Assembly (NCBI GenBank): GCA_041690595.1
Contig: JAWLHB010000058.1
Location: 1-44,328 of the forward strand
Origin: Lentisphaeria bacterium
GTDB lineage: Bacteria > Verrucomicrobiota > Lentisphaeria > JABSQK01 > JAWLHB01
Length of the DNA stretch: 44,328 nucleotides
Reading direction: 5' to 3'
The notes under the pieces: model-generated
Databases searched by the model: none
What the model was told of the DNA's origin: nothing
What the model saw: only the letters and a program-made list of their open reading frames with translations
Part shown: positions 19,573 through 28,063 of the stretch, piece by piece
Layout of the letters: each line of letters opens with the position of its first letter
How positions within the stretch are numbered: the stretch's first letter is position 1
Made by a program: the position numbers and the translations under genes

Positions 19573-20789
19573 CCGAGAAGAATCGCAATGTTCTGCTCGC
19601 CATCGGTGGCGGGATCGCCGCCTACAAGGCGGTCCACGTTGCCAGCCGCCTGCATCAGGCCGGCCATGCCACCTATGTGGCGATGACCCGCGCCGCGCAG
19701 CAGTTCGTCACCCCCCTCACTTTTGCGGGCGTAACCGGGCGCCGGGTCGTCAGCGACATGTTCGTTCCGCCCGCGTCGGATGACCGCGAGAGCGTCTATC
19801 CGCATCTCTACCCGGCAACCGAGGCGGATCTCTTTGCGGTGCTGCCCGCCACCGCCAACCTGATCGGCAAGCTTGCCCATGGCATCGGCGATGATGTGGT
19901 CACCACCGCGGCTCTCTCTCTGCCCGCCCACTGCCTGCGCTTCTACTGCCCCGCGATGAACGTGGAGATGTGGAACCAGCCCGTTGTCCAGGAGAACGCC
20001 CGCCAGCTCGATGAGCGCGGCTGGCAACGGATCGGACCGGCAGCCGGAAGGCTCGCCTGCGGCACCGAAGGCTACGGGCGCATGAGCGAACCTGACGAAA
20101 TCCTGCGGCGCCTGCTCGACGCCCTGCAAGGCGATCGCCCCCTGACGGGGAAGCGCCTCCTCATTCTCTCCGGACCGACGGTGGAGCAGATCGACCCCGT
20201 CCGCTTCATCAGTAATCACAGCAGCGGCCGCATGGGAAAAGCGCTGGCCGAAGCCGCCTTTCAGGCCGGCGCCATGGTCGAGTTCGTGACCGGGCCGGTC
20301 AGCGAGGCCAACCTGCCGCGCGGAGGTGGGATCACCCTTCACCAAGTCCAGGGCGCGCGCGACATGCTGGCCGCCGCTCAGCACCACTTCAGCGAAGTTG
20401 ATGGCGCCATCTTCGCGGCCGCGGTGGCGGACTATACCGTCGAGAACCCTCTCGACCAGAAGTTACCCAAACAGGCGGAATCCTTTGACCTGCGGCTCTG
20501 CCCCACCCCCGACATCGCCGCCACCCTCGCCGCCAGCAGGCAACCGGGACAGCGCTGCATCGGCTTTGCCCTGGAGACGGACGATGGTCTCCACAAGGCC
20601 CACGACAAGTGCCGGCGAAAGCACCTGGACGCGATCATTCTCAATGGCGCCGACAGCCTGGGCGCCGCCGACGGCAACTTCACCCTCATCCACGCCGATG
20701 GCAGCGAAGAGCCTTGGGGACGACTGGACAAAGCCACCTGCGCCCGGCGCCTGATCGCCGCCCTGGCGGAGCTGCTGGCCGCGCGTTAG
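19569..20789 (+). CDS. coaBC: Bifunctional phosphopantothenoylcysteine decarboxylase/ligase CoaBC
   Basis: GGIAAYK, PATAN, PAMN, GRLACGTEGYGRM, IDPVRFISNHSSGRMG, AAAVADY and GFALET motifs. Confidence 0.96.
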   Translation: MTEKNRNVLLAIGGGIAAYKAVHVASRLHQAGHATYVAMTRAAQQFVTPLTFAGVTGRRVVSDMFVPPASDDRESVYPHLYPATEADLFAVLPATANLIGKLAHGIGDDVVTTAALSLPAHCLRFYCPAMNVEMWNQPVVQENARQLDERGWQRIGPAAGRLACGTEGYGRMSEPDEILRRLLDALQGDRPLTGKRLLILSGPTVEQIDPVRFISNHSSGRMGKALAEAAFQAGAMVEFVTGPVSEANLPRGGGITLHQVQGARDMLAAAQHHFSEVDGAIFAAAVADYTVENPLDQKLPKQAESFDLRLCPTPDIAATLAASRQPGQRCIGFALETDDGLHKAHDKCRRKHLDAIILNGADSLGAADGNFTLIHADGSEEPWGRLDKATCARRLIAALAELLAAR

Positions 20790-22957
20790 TTCGGAATCGC
20801 CTGCTCCAGCGCGTCCAGAACGATGCCCTCGGTGAGAAGCTGGGGAAGAATGATCGGAGCACTGGTGATGTCGGCCGGATAGAGAACGTAGAGCGGTACG
20901 CCATTGCGGCCATGCTCGGCGAGGGCGGCGGCAATGGTTTCGTCACGCCGCGTCCAGTCCGCCTTCATGGGCACAACATCGAGCGCCTCCATTCTCTCAC
21001 CTACCGCACGGGTGAAGGCAACCTTCTCATTCGCCTGGCAGGTGAGGCACCAGCGGGCCGTGAAGTCCACAAAGACAGCTTTCCCGCCGCGACGCAGAGC
21101 GGGAATCGCCTCTGGATCGAAGGAGACCCACGCGATCTTCTGGTCTTCGTCAGCGACGGCACCGGCTTCCAGCGGCGGGGAGTTGCCAATGCGGTCAAAG
21201 CCATACCAGAGACCGCCCACCAGCAGAATCGCGGCTGCCAACCGCGCCAGGTTGCGTACGCGTCCCTCTCGCGCGGGCGTCGCCCACCGTCCGAGTATCC
21301 AGGCTGCCAGAGCCAGCACGATCAGTGAACCGAGCACCGCCGTGAGGCCGTCTGGATTGACCTGCCACGCCAGTACCCACAACAGCCAGACCACGGCGCC
21401 CATCAGCATGAAGCCGAGAAACTGCTTCAACGTCTCCATCCAGGCGCCAGGCCTGGGCACGAAGCGAAGCAGCGAAGGGAAAGCGGACAGGAGCATGTAC
21501 GGCAGCGCCATGCCGACGCCGAGCGCGGTGAAGATCAGGACGGTGACAATCGCCGGCTGAGCCATCCCGAAGGCGACGGCCGGAGCCATGGCCGGCGCCA
21601 TGCAGGGGGTGGCCACCACCGTCGCCAGCAGGCCGCTGAAGAAGGAGCCGGTCAGCCCCGAGCGGTGCGTCACCTCGCCGCCGACGGTCGTCAGGGCCAG
21701 TCCCACCTCGAAGATGCCGAAGAGACTGAGGCCGAAGACAAAGAGCACGGCGACCAACGCATAGACAAAGCCGGGATACTGGAACTGAAAGGCCCAGCCG
21801 ACGCTCATGCCCGCCACCTTGAGGCCGATCACCACCGCGGCGATCGCCCAAAAGGAAACCAAAACGCCCGCCAGGAAGACCACCCCGTGGCGCCAGGCGT
21901 GGCCCGCTTCGTCGCCCGCCTGCTTGACGAAATCCATGACCTTGATTGACAGCACCGGCAGGACGCACGGCATGAGGTTGAGGAGAATGCCGCCGCCGAA
22001 GGCCATAAGGAGATAGAGGAGGATGGTACCAAGGCTGGCAGGCGCGGCCAGATCCACAGCCGCTGACGCGCTGGAGGCGCTGCCGATGCCAATGTCCACC
22101 AGCAAGGCGTGAGGGCCTTCGTCGCCCCAGGAATTGGCGGCGGTGAGCACGCCGCCGATCCGCTCCGGCAAGCTCTCGATCTCCTCCACGTACGGCAACG
22201 TGATGACGATCCGCTCTGCCTCCTCGGAGATGCTGAAACCGCGCTGTGCGTCGAAAACGCCGTCGACCTCGGGAAAGAAGGTGATCTCGCCGAACTCACT
22301 GCCGCGGGCGGCTTCCGGAATAGGGACGATCAGCGTCGCGTCGGTGCTGGTTCGCGTGGCCGAGAACTCCCATGCCTCGTGGGTGACCGGCAGCTTGGCA
22401 CGCATGGCGACAAAGAGGTCGCGGTGGGACGCGTTGACCTCAGCCACATCGGCCACAACCGGCAGCGTCAGCGCGGGGTTGGCGCTACCGGGTATGCAGC
22501 TCTCCTTGCAGGCGAGCCACGAAACGGTGGCCTTGAGTTCGACGCTGCTGCCGGCTTCAAGGGTTGTCGGTGGGGTGATCACAGCCATCAGCATCACCTC
22601 GTCGTGATAGCCGTAGCTGATCAGATCCTCGTCACCGGCTGGGGTGATGAAGCGATCGGGGGCGGGCCACTGCAGCGGCCCCGCGGTGAATCCCTCCGGC
22701 AGCTCCCACTCCACCTCGGTCGGCAAGCCCACGCCCGGTCCCATATTGTACCAGTAGATGTGCCAATCGGGTTCCAGCTCAAAGCGGACGCCGACCGTGA
22801 AGGGGCTGCCGGGCTGGATGCCGCTTTGCTCCGCAAGCAGCTCCACTTTCACATTCTGGCTGGCCTTGGCGCCAAAGCCCAACTGGGCATCCGCGGCATG
22901 AATGAAGAGCAGCGCGACAATCGAGAGCAGCGCCGTGCGTGTCATGAGATTCGGCAT
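20786..22957 (-). CDS. dsbD: Protein-disulfide reductase DsbD family (alpha, membrane and thioredoxin domains)
   Basis: Signal peptide, WHIYW, CKESC, LNLMPCVLP, ATPCMAP and DFTARWCLTC motifs. AAGGAG RBS supports the ATG at 22957. Confidence 0.92.
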   Translation of the reverse strand: MPNLMTRTALLSIVALLFIHAADAQLGFGAKASQNVKVELLAEQSGIQPGSPFTVGVRFELEPDWHIYWYNMGPGVGLPTEVEWELPEGFTAGPLQWPAPDRFITPAGDEDLISYGYHDEVMLMAVITPPTTLEAGSSVELKATVSWLACKESCIPGSANPALTLPVVADVAEVNASHRDLFVAMRAKLPVTHEAWEFSATRTSTDATLIVPIPEAARGSEFGEITFFPEVDGVFDAQRGFSISEEAERIVITLPYVEEIESLPERIGGVLTAANSWGDEGPHALLVDIGIGSASSASAAVDLAAPASLGTILLYLLMAFGGGILLNLMPCVLPVLSIKVMDFVKQAGDEAGHAWRHGVVFLAGVLVSFWAIAAVVIGLKVAGMSVGWAFQFQYPGFVYALVAVLFVFGLSLFGIFEVGLALTTVGGEVTHRSGLTGSFFSGLLATVVATPCMAPAMAPAVAFGMAQPAIVTVLIFTALGVGMALPYMLLSAFPSLLRFVPRPGAWMETLKQFLGFMLMGAVVWLLWVLAWQVNPDGLTAVLGSLIVLALAAWILGRWATPAREGRVRNLARLAAAILLVGGLWYGFDRIGNSPPLEAGAVADEDQKIAWVSFDPEAIPALRRGGKAVFVDFTARWCLTCQANEKVAFTRAVGERMEALDVVPMKADWTRRDETIAAALAEHGRNGVPLYVLYPADITSAPIILPQLLTEGIVLDALEQAIPN

Positions 22958-23114
22958 GAAGACTCCTTGCATGAAATTAAGTCAGATTGCACGGGGTTTG
23001 ATCCACGTTCCTGAGAATGGTTACATTACCATAGTCTACAGGTTGTTTTGCGAGTGTAGTCACGAGAGATTCTTTTTCAGTTCATCAGCCTTACAATTTC
23101 TACTGGAGCATGGC

Positions 23115-23588
23115 ATGAAGCGGATCATTATCGCCGCCGTCAGCGAGAATGGTGTAATCGGTAACGGCAATGCCCTGCCGTGGGAGATCCCCGAAGAGTA
23201 CAAGCATTACCTCAACACGGTGACGGGGCAGGTGATGATCATGGGCCGCAAGAGCTGGGAGATCTTCGGCGCCGACCTCAAGAGTTGTCACAACATCGTC
23301 ATTACCCGTACGCCGCGGCTTGACGGCGTCGAGACTGCCGACAGTCTCGAGCATGCGCTCGATCTGGCCGAGCGCCTGGACCGCCCCATCTTCATCGGCG
23401 GCGGCGAGAGCGTCTATGCCGAAGCTCTCCACAAGAACTATATCGACGAAATGCACCTTTCCATCATCAAGGGGACCTACGAGGGAGACACCTGGTTTCC
23501 CAAGTTCGATGAAAGTCGCTGGGAGATCGCCGAGGAGCGGGACGAGCCCCAGTTCACCTTCCGCATCTTCCGCCGCAAGCGGTTTTAG
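23115..23588 (+). CDS. folA: Dihydrofolate reductase
   Basis: IIAAVSENGVIG, LPW, IMGRKSW, IGGGESVY and GDTWFP motifs. GGAG RBS. Confidence 0.93.
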   Translation: MKRIIIAAVSENGVIGNGNALPWEIPEEYKHYLNTVTGQVMIMGRKSWEIFGADLKSCHNIVITRTPRLDGVETADSLEHALDLAERLDRPIFIGGGESVYAEALHKNYIDEMHLSIIKGTYEGDTWFPKFDESRWEIAEERDEPQFTFRIFRRKRF

Positions 23589-23624
23589 GACCGCTGACGG
23601 TTCCTCCCACCGTCGACGCCTCAC

Positions 23625-23910
23625 CCCGGGGACAGGTACTTCCCTCAGCCCGGGGACAGGTACTTCCTCTCACTTCCCTCAGCCTGGGGACAGCCTGGGA
23701 CAGCCCGTAGGTCGGACAAGTCGGACGTGGGTCGGACGAGCCGGACATGCTGCGTGGACCGCAGGTGCCCGTCGGGGGACCTGCGGTGCCTGGCAACGCA
23801 GCAGTCAGCGGTAACTTCCATTGCCCATAGTCGGTGCCCTGGTCGGGTGTTGCCAGCGATGCCAATCTTGCGCCTGTACCCGAGTTGAGGCGAGAAGCAC
23901 CTGTACCGGC
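23625..23910. repeat. Mosaic REP-like intergenic repeat cluster
   Basis: CCCGGGGACAGGTACTTCC twice (23625 and 23649), GGGACAGCC twice, GTCGGAC-type four times, GGTGCC three times, CCTGTACC twice. Confidence 0.75.
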
Positions 23911-23934
23911 GCGCAGTGCCAAGTGCTGACGGGG

Positions 23935-24882
23935 TCAGCCCTGCAGGTATTTCCGGAAATAGTGGCGGAATTGATCGTAGGTCATCCGCAGACGGCGGGC
24001 GGCTTCCCGCTGGTTCTGGTCGCAGGCGTTGAAGGCCTCGATGATGAGATGGCGGCGGAAGGCCTCGACCTGCTCGTGAAAGCTGCCTTCCCCCGGTACG
24101 CCTGTTCCGCGAGCGGTACCGGCAATTTCCGGCGGCAGGGCGGAGGGCTCGATAGTCTCGGCACTCCCGAAGACATAGAGGCGCTCCACGACATTGCGCA
24201 GCTCACGGATGTTGCCCGGCCAGTAGTAGTCGAGCATGGCCTCCACCGTCTCCCGCGCGAAGCTCCTGGGCGTCAGGTTCGGCAGCTCTTCATGCAACTG
24301 CTTGACGAAGTGGACGATCAGGTGCGGGATGTCCGCCTTGCGCTGGCGCAGGGGCGGCACCGCCAGAACCGCGAAGCTGAGCCGGTCGTAGAGATCCGCC
24401 CGAAAGACGCCGGCCCGGATCAGCTCTTCCATGTCGGCATTGGTCGCCGACAGCATGCGTACGTTGACGCGGATTGTCTTCGTACCGCGCACCCGCTGGA
24501 ATTCCTGATACTCCACGACGCGCAGGATGCTCTCCTGGAAGGCCGTCGACATGTTGCCGATTTCGTCCATGAAAAGGGTACCGCCATGCGCCTGTTCCAG
24601 CTTGCCGATCCGCGCCTCGGTCGCTCCGGTGAAGGCCCCTTTCTCATGGCCGAACATTTCGGCGTTGAGCAGCTCGTCGGTGAATGCGGCGCAATTGATC
24701 GCCACAAAAGGCTGGTCATGCCGCATACTGAGTTCGTGAAGGTAGCGAGCGAGAAGCTCCTTGCCCGTGCCACGCTCCCCACGGATCAAGACCGGCCGCG
24801 GAATGGCAGCCAAACTTCCGGCCTGCTCCAGAAGGTCGCGCATCGACTGGCTGTGTGCTATTCCGGCGAAAGAGGGTTTCAT
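23935..24882 (-). CDS. pspF: Phage shock protein transcriptional activator PspF (receiver-less sigma54 bEBP)
   Basis: No N-terminal sensor domain. GERGTGKE, GAFTGA, RADLYDRLSF and WPGNIREL motifs. The C-terminal HTH NQREAARRLRMTYDQFR matches the PspF signature NQKRAAELLGLTYHQFR. Confidence 0.9.
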   Translation of the reverse strand: MKPSFAGIAHSQSMRDLLEQAGSLAAIPRPVLIRGERGTGKELLARYLHELSMRHDQPFVAINCAAFTDELLNAEMFGHEKGAFTGATEARIGKLEQAHGGTLFMDEIGNMSTAFQESILRVVEYQEFQRVRGTKTIRVNVRMLSATNADMEELIRAGVFRADLYDRLSFAVLAVPPLRQRKADIPHLIVHFVKQLHEELPNLTPRSFARETVEAMLDYYWPGNIRELRNVVERLYVFGSAETIEPSALPPEIAGTARGTGVPGEGSFHEQVEAFRRHLIIEAFNACDQNQREAARRLRMTYDQFRHYFRKYLQG

Positions 24883-24887
24883 GCGGC

Positions 24888-24916
24888 AACGTACGCGATG
24901 GCAGGACGGCTGTCAA
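24888..24916 (-). promoter_or_regulatory. sigma70 promoter of pspF (probably leaderless)
   Basis: The minus strand has TTGACA (24916-24911), a 17-bp spacer and TACGTT (24893-24888), 5 nt before the ATG. No SD sequence. Confidence 0.65.
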
Positions 24917-24921
24917 GTGAC

Positions 24922-24957
24922 TGGTGAATAACGCCATGAAGATGGTGTAAAACACCA
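24922..24957. promoter_or_regulatory. Two PspF-type upstream activator sequences
   Basis: TGGTGAATAACGCCA (24922-24936) and the perfect palindrome TGGTG-TAAAA-CACCA (24943-24957), 21 bp apart. Confidence 0.75.
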
Positions 24958-24999
24958 CCAGCCGCGTCTCCTGCCGGCTCGACACGCTCGCTGCTGCCT

Positions 25000-25015
25000 T
25001 GGCATGTTCCATGCT
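25000..25015 (+). promoter_or_regulatory. sigma54 (-24/-12) promoter of the yqiJ-like/flotillin/ATPase operon
   Basis: TGGCATGTTCCATGCT, an exact GG-N10-GC, downstream of the UAS pair and divergent from pspF. Confidence 0.8.
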
Positions 25016-25213
25016 TTGACGGATATATGACAAGAAGCAGTCATGATTTGCGTTTGCATTGAAAGGGCCAAAGGCTATGTTCGGATTCAAGCTCGAAACA
25101 GTGAGCGGTGTCGCCAAGGATCATAGCGGATACCGGGTGATCAGGGTGACACTGCTACGGGTAATCGCCAACTTGCAACGGCCGGCGACCACAATGCGGA
25201 GTCTGCAGCACCG

Positions 25214-25861
25214 ATGAAAGAATTTCTGACCATCACCTTTTCGCCAGCGATGCTGCCCTTCACGATTCTGCTCATTCTGGTCATCCTCTACTGGATCTTC
25301 ACGATGATCGGCGCGGTCGGCGTCGACTTTCTGAGCTTTGACTTCATGGATGAAACCGCTGACGGCGCCGCCGAGGGGATGATGGAGGGGGGCGGGGGTA
25401 TTCTGCAGGGCCTGCTCTCCTTCCTGAATGTCGGGGCGGTTCCGGTGACGGTGGTCGGCAGCCTGACGATTCTCCAGATGTGGTTTCTCGCCTTCCTCTA
25501 CTTTGCCTACGTGGTACCTGCCCTGAGCGGCTTCGCGCCCTTTCTCCTCCTGGCTGCCGTAGGCATTGGCATCGCCCTCGTCTGCGGCCTGCTCCTCACG
25601 GGGCTGACCAGCCGGCCTTTCCGCAACATGTTCAAGGTCGAGACGCAGCATGGCCAGCATCATCTGATCGGCCAGGTCTGCATCATCAAGACGAGCTGCG
25701 TCACCGAGTCATTCGGCCAGGCGGAGGTGACCACCCCCGGCGCACCGCTCCTCCTTTCGGTTTTCTGTGACGAAGAGAACAACCTTGCCAAGGGCGACGA
25801 AGCGGTGATCGTCGGCTACAACGAAGCCCGTGGCATCTATCATGTCAAACCAATGATGTAA
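25214..25861 (+). CDS. YqiJ/DUF1449-like (NfeD-type) membrane protein with C-terminal OB fold
   Basis: Three to four TM segments, LSFLNVGAVP motif, C-terminal LIGQVCII...FGQAEV...LAKGDEAVIVGY. Lies directly upstream of a flotillin. Confidence 0.85.
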   Translation: MKEFLTITFSPAMLPFTILLILVILYWIFTMIGAVGVDFLSFDFMDETADGAAEGMMEGGGGILQGLLSFLNVGAVPVTVVGSLTILQMWFLAFLYFAYVVPALSGFAPFLLLAAVGIGIALVCGLLLTGLTSRPFRNMFKVETQHGQHHLIGQVCIIKTSCVTESFGQAEVTTPGAPLLLSVFCDEENNLAKGDEAVIVGYNEARGIYHVKPMM

Positions 25862-25909
25862 TGCCGGCACGAGTCGGTCGAACGGATTGTAATACGCGAG
25901 GGTAAGCAA

Positions 25910-27982
25910 ATGAAGGCAGTGTTCGCTGTGATTGTGGTAATTGGCGTCGTCGTCCTCATCCTGCTGGGTGTTCTGGCGCTCATCTGGTTGTTCTACCGCA
26001 AGGTGGCCATGGGTCATGCGCTGATCGTCAATCGCTATGGCAAGAAGATCGATGTCTTTTTCACGGGTGGCACGGTCTGGCCAGTCGTGAACAAAGCAGA
26101 AATCATGGACATATCCGTCAAAGCCATGGAGATCGACCGCCGCGGCAAGGATGGCCTCATCTGTTCGGACAACATCCGAGCAGATATCACCGTCACCTTC
26201 TTCGTTCGCGTGAGTCCGTCGCAGGAAGACGTCCTCAAGGTCGCCCAGAGCGTGGGTTGCGAGCGGGCCTCGACCAAGGAAACGCTCCATGAACTCTTCG
26301 GCGCCAAGTTCTCGGAAGCTCTCAAGACGGTCGGTAAGCAGATGGATTTCATCGACCTGTATACCGAGCGCGACAGCTTCAAGGAGCGCATCATCGGGGT
26401 TATCGGCGAGAACTTGAACGGCTACAGCCTCGAAGATGTGGCCATCGACTACCTCGAGCAGACCCCCCTCGGCAGTCTCGATGCCGACAACATCCTCGAC
26501 GCGCAGGGCATCCGCAAGATCGTTGAGCTCACCGCCAAGGAGGCGATCTCCACCAACGAGTTTCAGCGAAACAAAGAGCGCACCATCAAGCAGCAGGATG
26601 TCGAGACCCGCGAGAAGGTGCTCGAACTGGAACGCCAGGAGGCGGACGCTACCGCCCGCCAGCGTCGTGAAGTCGAGACCCTCCAGGCGCGTGAAACCGC
26701 CGAGACGGAGAAGGTCCGCGCCGAGCAGGCCCTGATCTCGGAGAAGGCGCGCATCGCGACGGACGAACAGATCGCCGTTGCCAATCAGAACAAAGAGCGC
26801 CAGGTCATCATCGCCCGCAAGAACAAGGAACGCACCGACGCCATCGAAAGCGAGCGTGTCACCCGCGATCGCGACCTCGAAGCGACCGAACGCGAACGGC
26901 TCGTCGCCCTCAAGCAGATCGAGAAGGAGAAGGATGTCGAAGTCGAGAAGAAGAACATCCAGGAAGTGATCCGCGAGCGGGTGAGCGTCGAGCGCACGGT
27001 GGCCGAGGAAGAAGAGAAGATCAAGGATACGCGCGAGATAGCCGGGGCGGAACGTATCCGCAAGACGGAAGTCATTGCGGCCGAGCGGGAAGCGCAGAAA
27101 GGCAAGATCGAGATCACGGTGCAGGCCGAGGCGAAAGAAGAGGCGGCCAGGCACCTCTTCGAAGAGATGTCGATCACGGCCGAAGCCGAGCGCGTCGCCG
27201 CCGAAAAGCAGTCGGAAGCCAAGAAGGTGCTGGCCGCGGGTATTGTCGAAGAACGCGCCGCGGAAGGGCTTGCCGAGGTGAAGGTGCGGGAGGCAAACGC
27301 GCATGCCACCGAGGTGACCGGCAAGGCCGAAGCGTCCGCCTCGACAGAGCGTCACCGCGCCGATGCCTTCGGGATTGAAGCGTCGGGCGATGCCGAAGCC
27401 AAATCGATGCGCGCCAAGTACAGCGCCGAGGCGGAAGGCGTCTCTGCCAAGGCCGAAGCCATGAAGAAGCTCGACGAAGTCGGGCGCGAGCATGAAGAGT
27501 TCAAGCTTCGTCTGGCTAAGGCGGAACGTGTCGAGATCGCCCAGATCGATGTGCAGCGTAAGATTGCCGAGTACCAGTCGCAAGTCATGGGTGAAGCCAT
27601 GAAGACGGCCAAGATCGAGCTGATCGGGGGTGGCCAGGAGTTCCTCGACACCTTCTTCAAGTCGATCGCTCTCGGCAAGGCCGTGGATGGCTTTGTCAAT
27701 CACAGCGAAGTCATTCAGGGGCTCAGCGACGGCGGGGATGGCAAAGCGCTGGTCGAGCAGCTCAAGGGGCTCATCGGCAAGGAAGGACTGAGCGCGGAGA
27801 GTATCAAGGATCTCTCCATCGCGGCCCTGCTGACCCGTCTGGCTGCCGGCGGCAAAGACAAGAGTACGCGCGACAAGGCCCTTCAGCTCAAGCGCCAGAT
27901 TGAAGACCAGGGGCTCGGCACCGTCGGCCTCGATAACGTCATCGGCGAATGGCTTGCCAGCGGCCAGGGCTACAAGGGCTGA
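25910..27982 (+). CDS. Flotillin / SPFH (band 7) domain protein, YqiK-like
   Basis: N-terminal TM. SPFH core GLICSDNIRADITVTFFVRV...LNGYSLEDVAIDYLEQT...NILDAQGIRKI. Long AE/EA-rich coiled coil. Confidence 0.93.
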   Translation: MKAVFAVIVVIGVVVLILLGVLALIWLFYRKVAMGHALIVNRYGKKIDVFFTGGTVWPVVNKAEIMDISVKAMEIDRRGKDGLICSDNIRADITVTFFVRVSPSQEDVLKVAQSVGCERASTKETLHELFGAKFSEALKTVGKQMDFIDLYTERDSFKERIIGVIGENLNGYSLEDVAIDYLEQTPLGSLDADNILDAQGIRKIVELTAKEAISTNEFQRNKERTIKQQDVETREKVLELERQEADATARQRREVETLQARETAETEKVRAEQALISEKARIATDEQIAVANQNKERQVIIARKNKERTDAIESERVTRDRDLEATERERLVALKQIEKEKDVEVEKKNIQEVIRERVSVERTVAEEEEKIKDTREIAGAERIRKTEVIAAEREAQKGKIEITVQAEAKEEAARHLFEEMSITAEAERVAAEKQSEAKKVLAAGIVEERAAEGLAEVKVREANAHATEVTGKAEASASTERHRADAFGIEASGDAEAKSMRAKYSAEAEGVSAKAEAMKKLDEVGREHEEFKLRLAKAERVEIAQIDVQRKIAEYQSQVMGEAMKTAKIELIGGGQEFLDTFFKSIALGKAVDGFVNHSEVIQGLSDGGDGKALVEQLKGLIGKEGLSAESIKDLSIAALLTRLAAGGKDKSTRDKALQLKRQIEDQGLGTVGLDNVIGEWLASGQGYKG

Positions 27983-28000
27983 CCTGACGAATCTCGGTTC

Positions 28001-28032
28001 GCGGCCGCCTGGGCAACCGCTCGGGCGGCCGC
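28001..28032 (+). other. GC-rich intercistronic hairpin without a U-tract
   Basis: GCGGCCGCCTGGG-CAACCG-CTCGGGCGGCCGC between the flotillin and ATPase genes. Confidence 0.7.
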
Positions 28033-28063
28033 ATCCCATCCACCTTCAATCCTTGCATGAGCC

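Noticed and set aside
23625..23750. Possible CRISPR array
   Set aside because: Only two exact 19-bp copies with a 5-nt gap, no unique spacers and no cas genes.
25016..25213. pspA pseudogene in the operon leader
   Set aside because: No PspA-like N-terminal amphipathic helix or coiled-coil sequence was recognisable in the short ORF found there.
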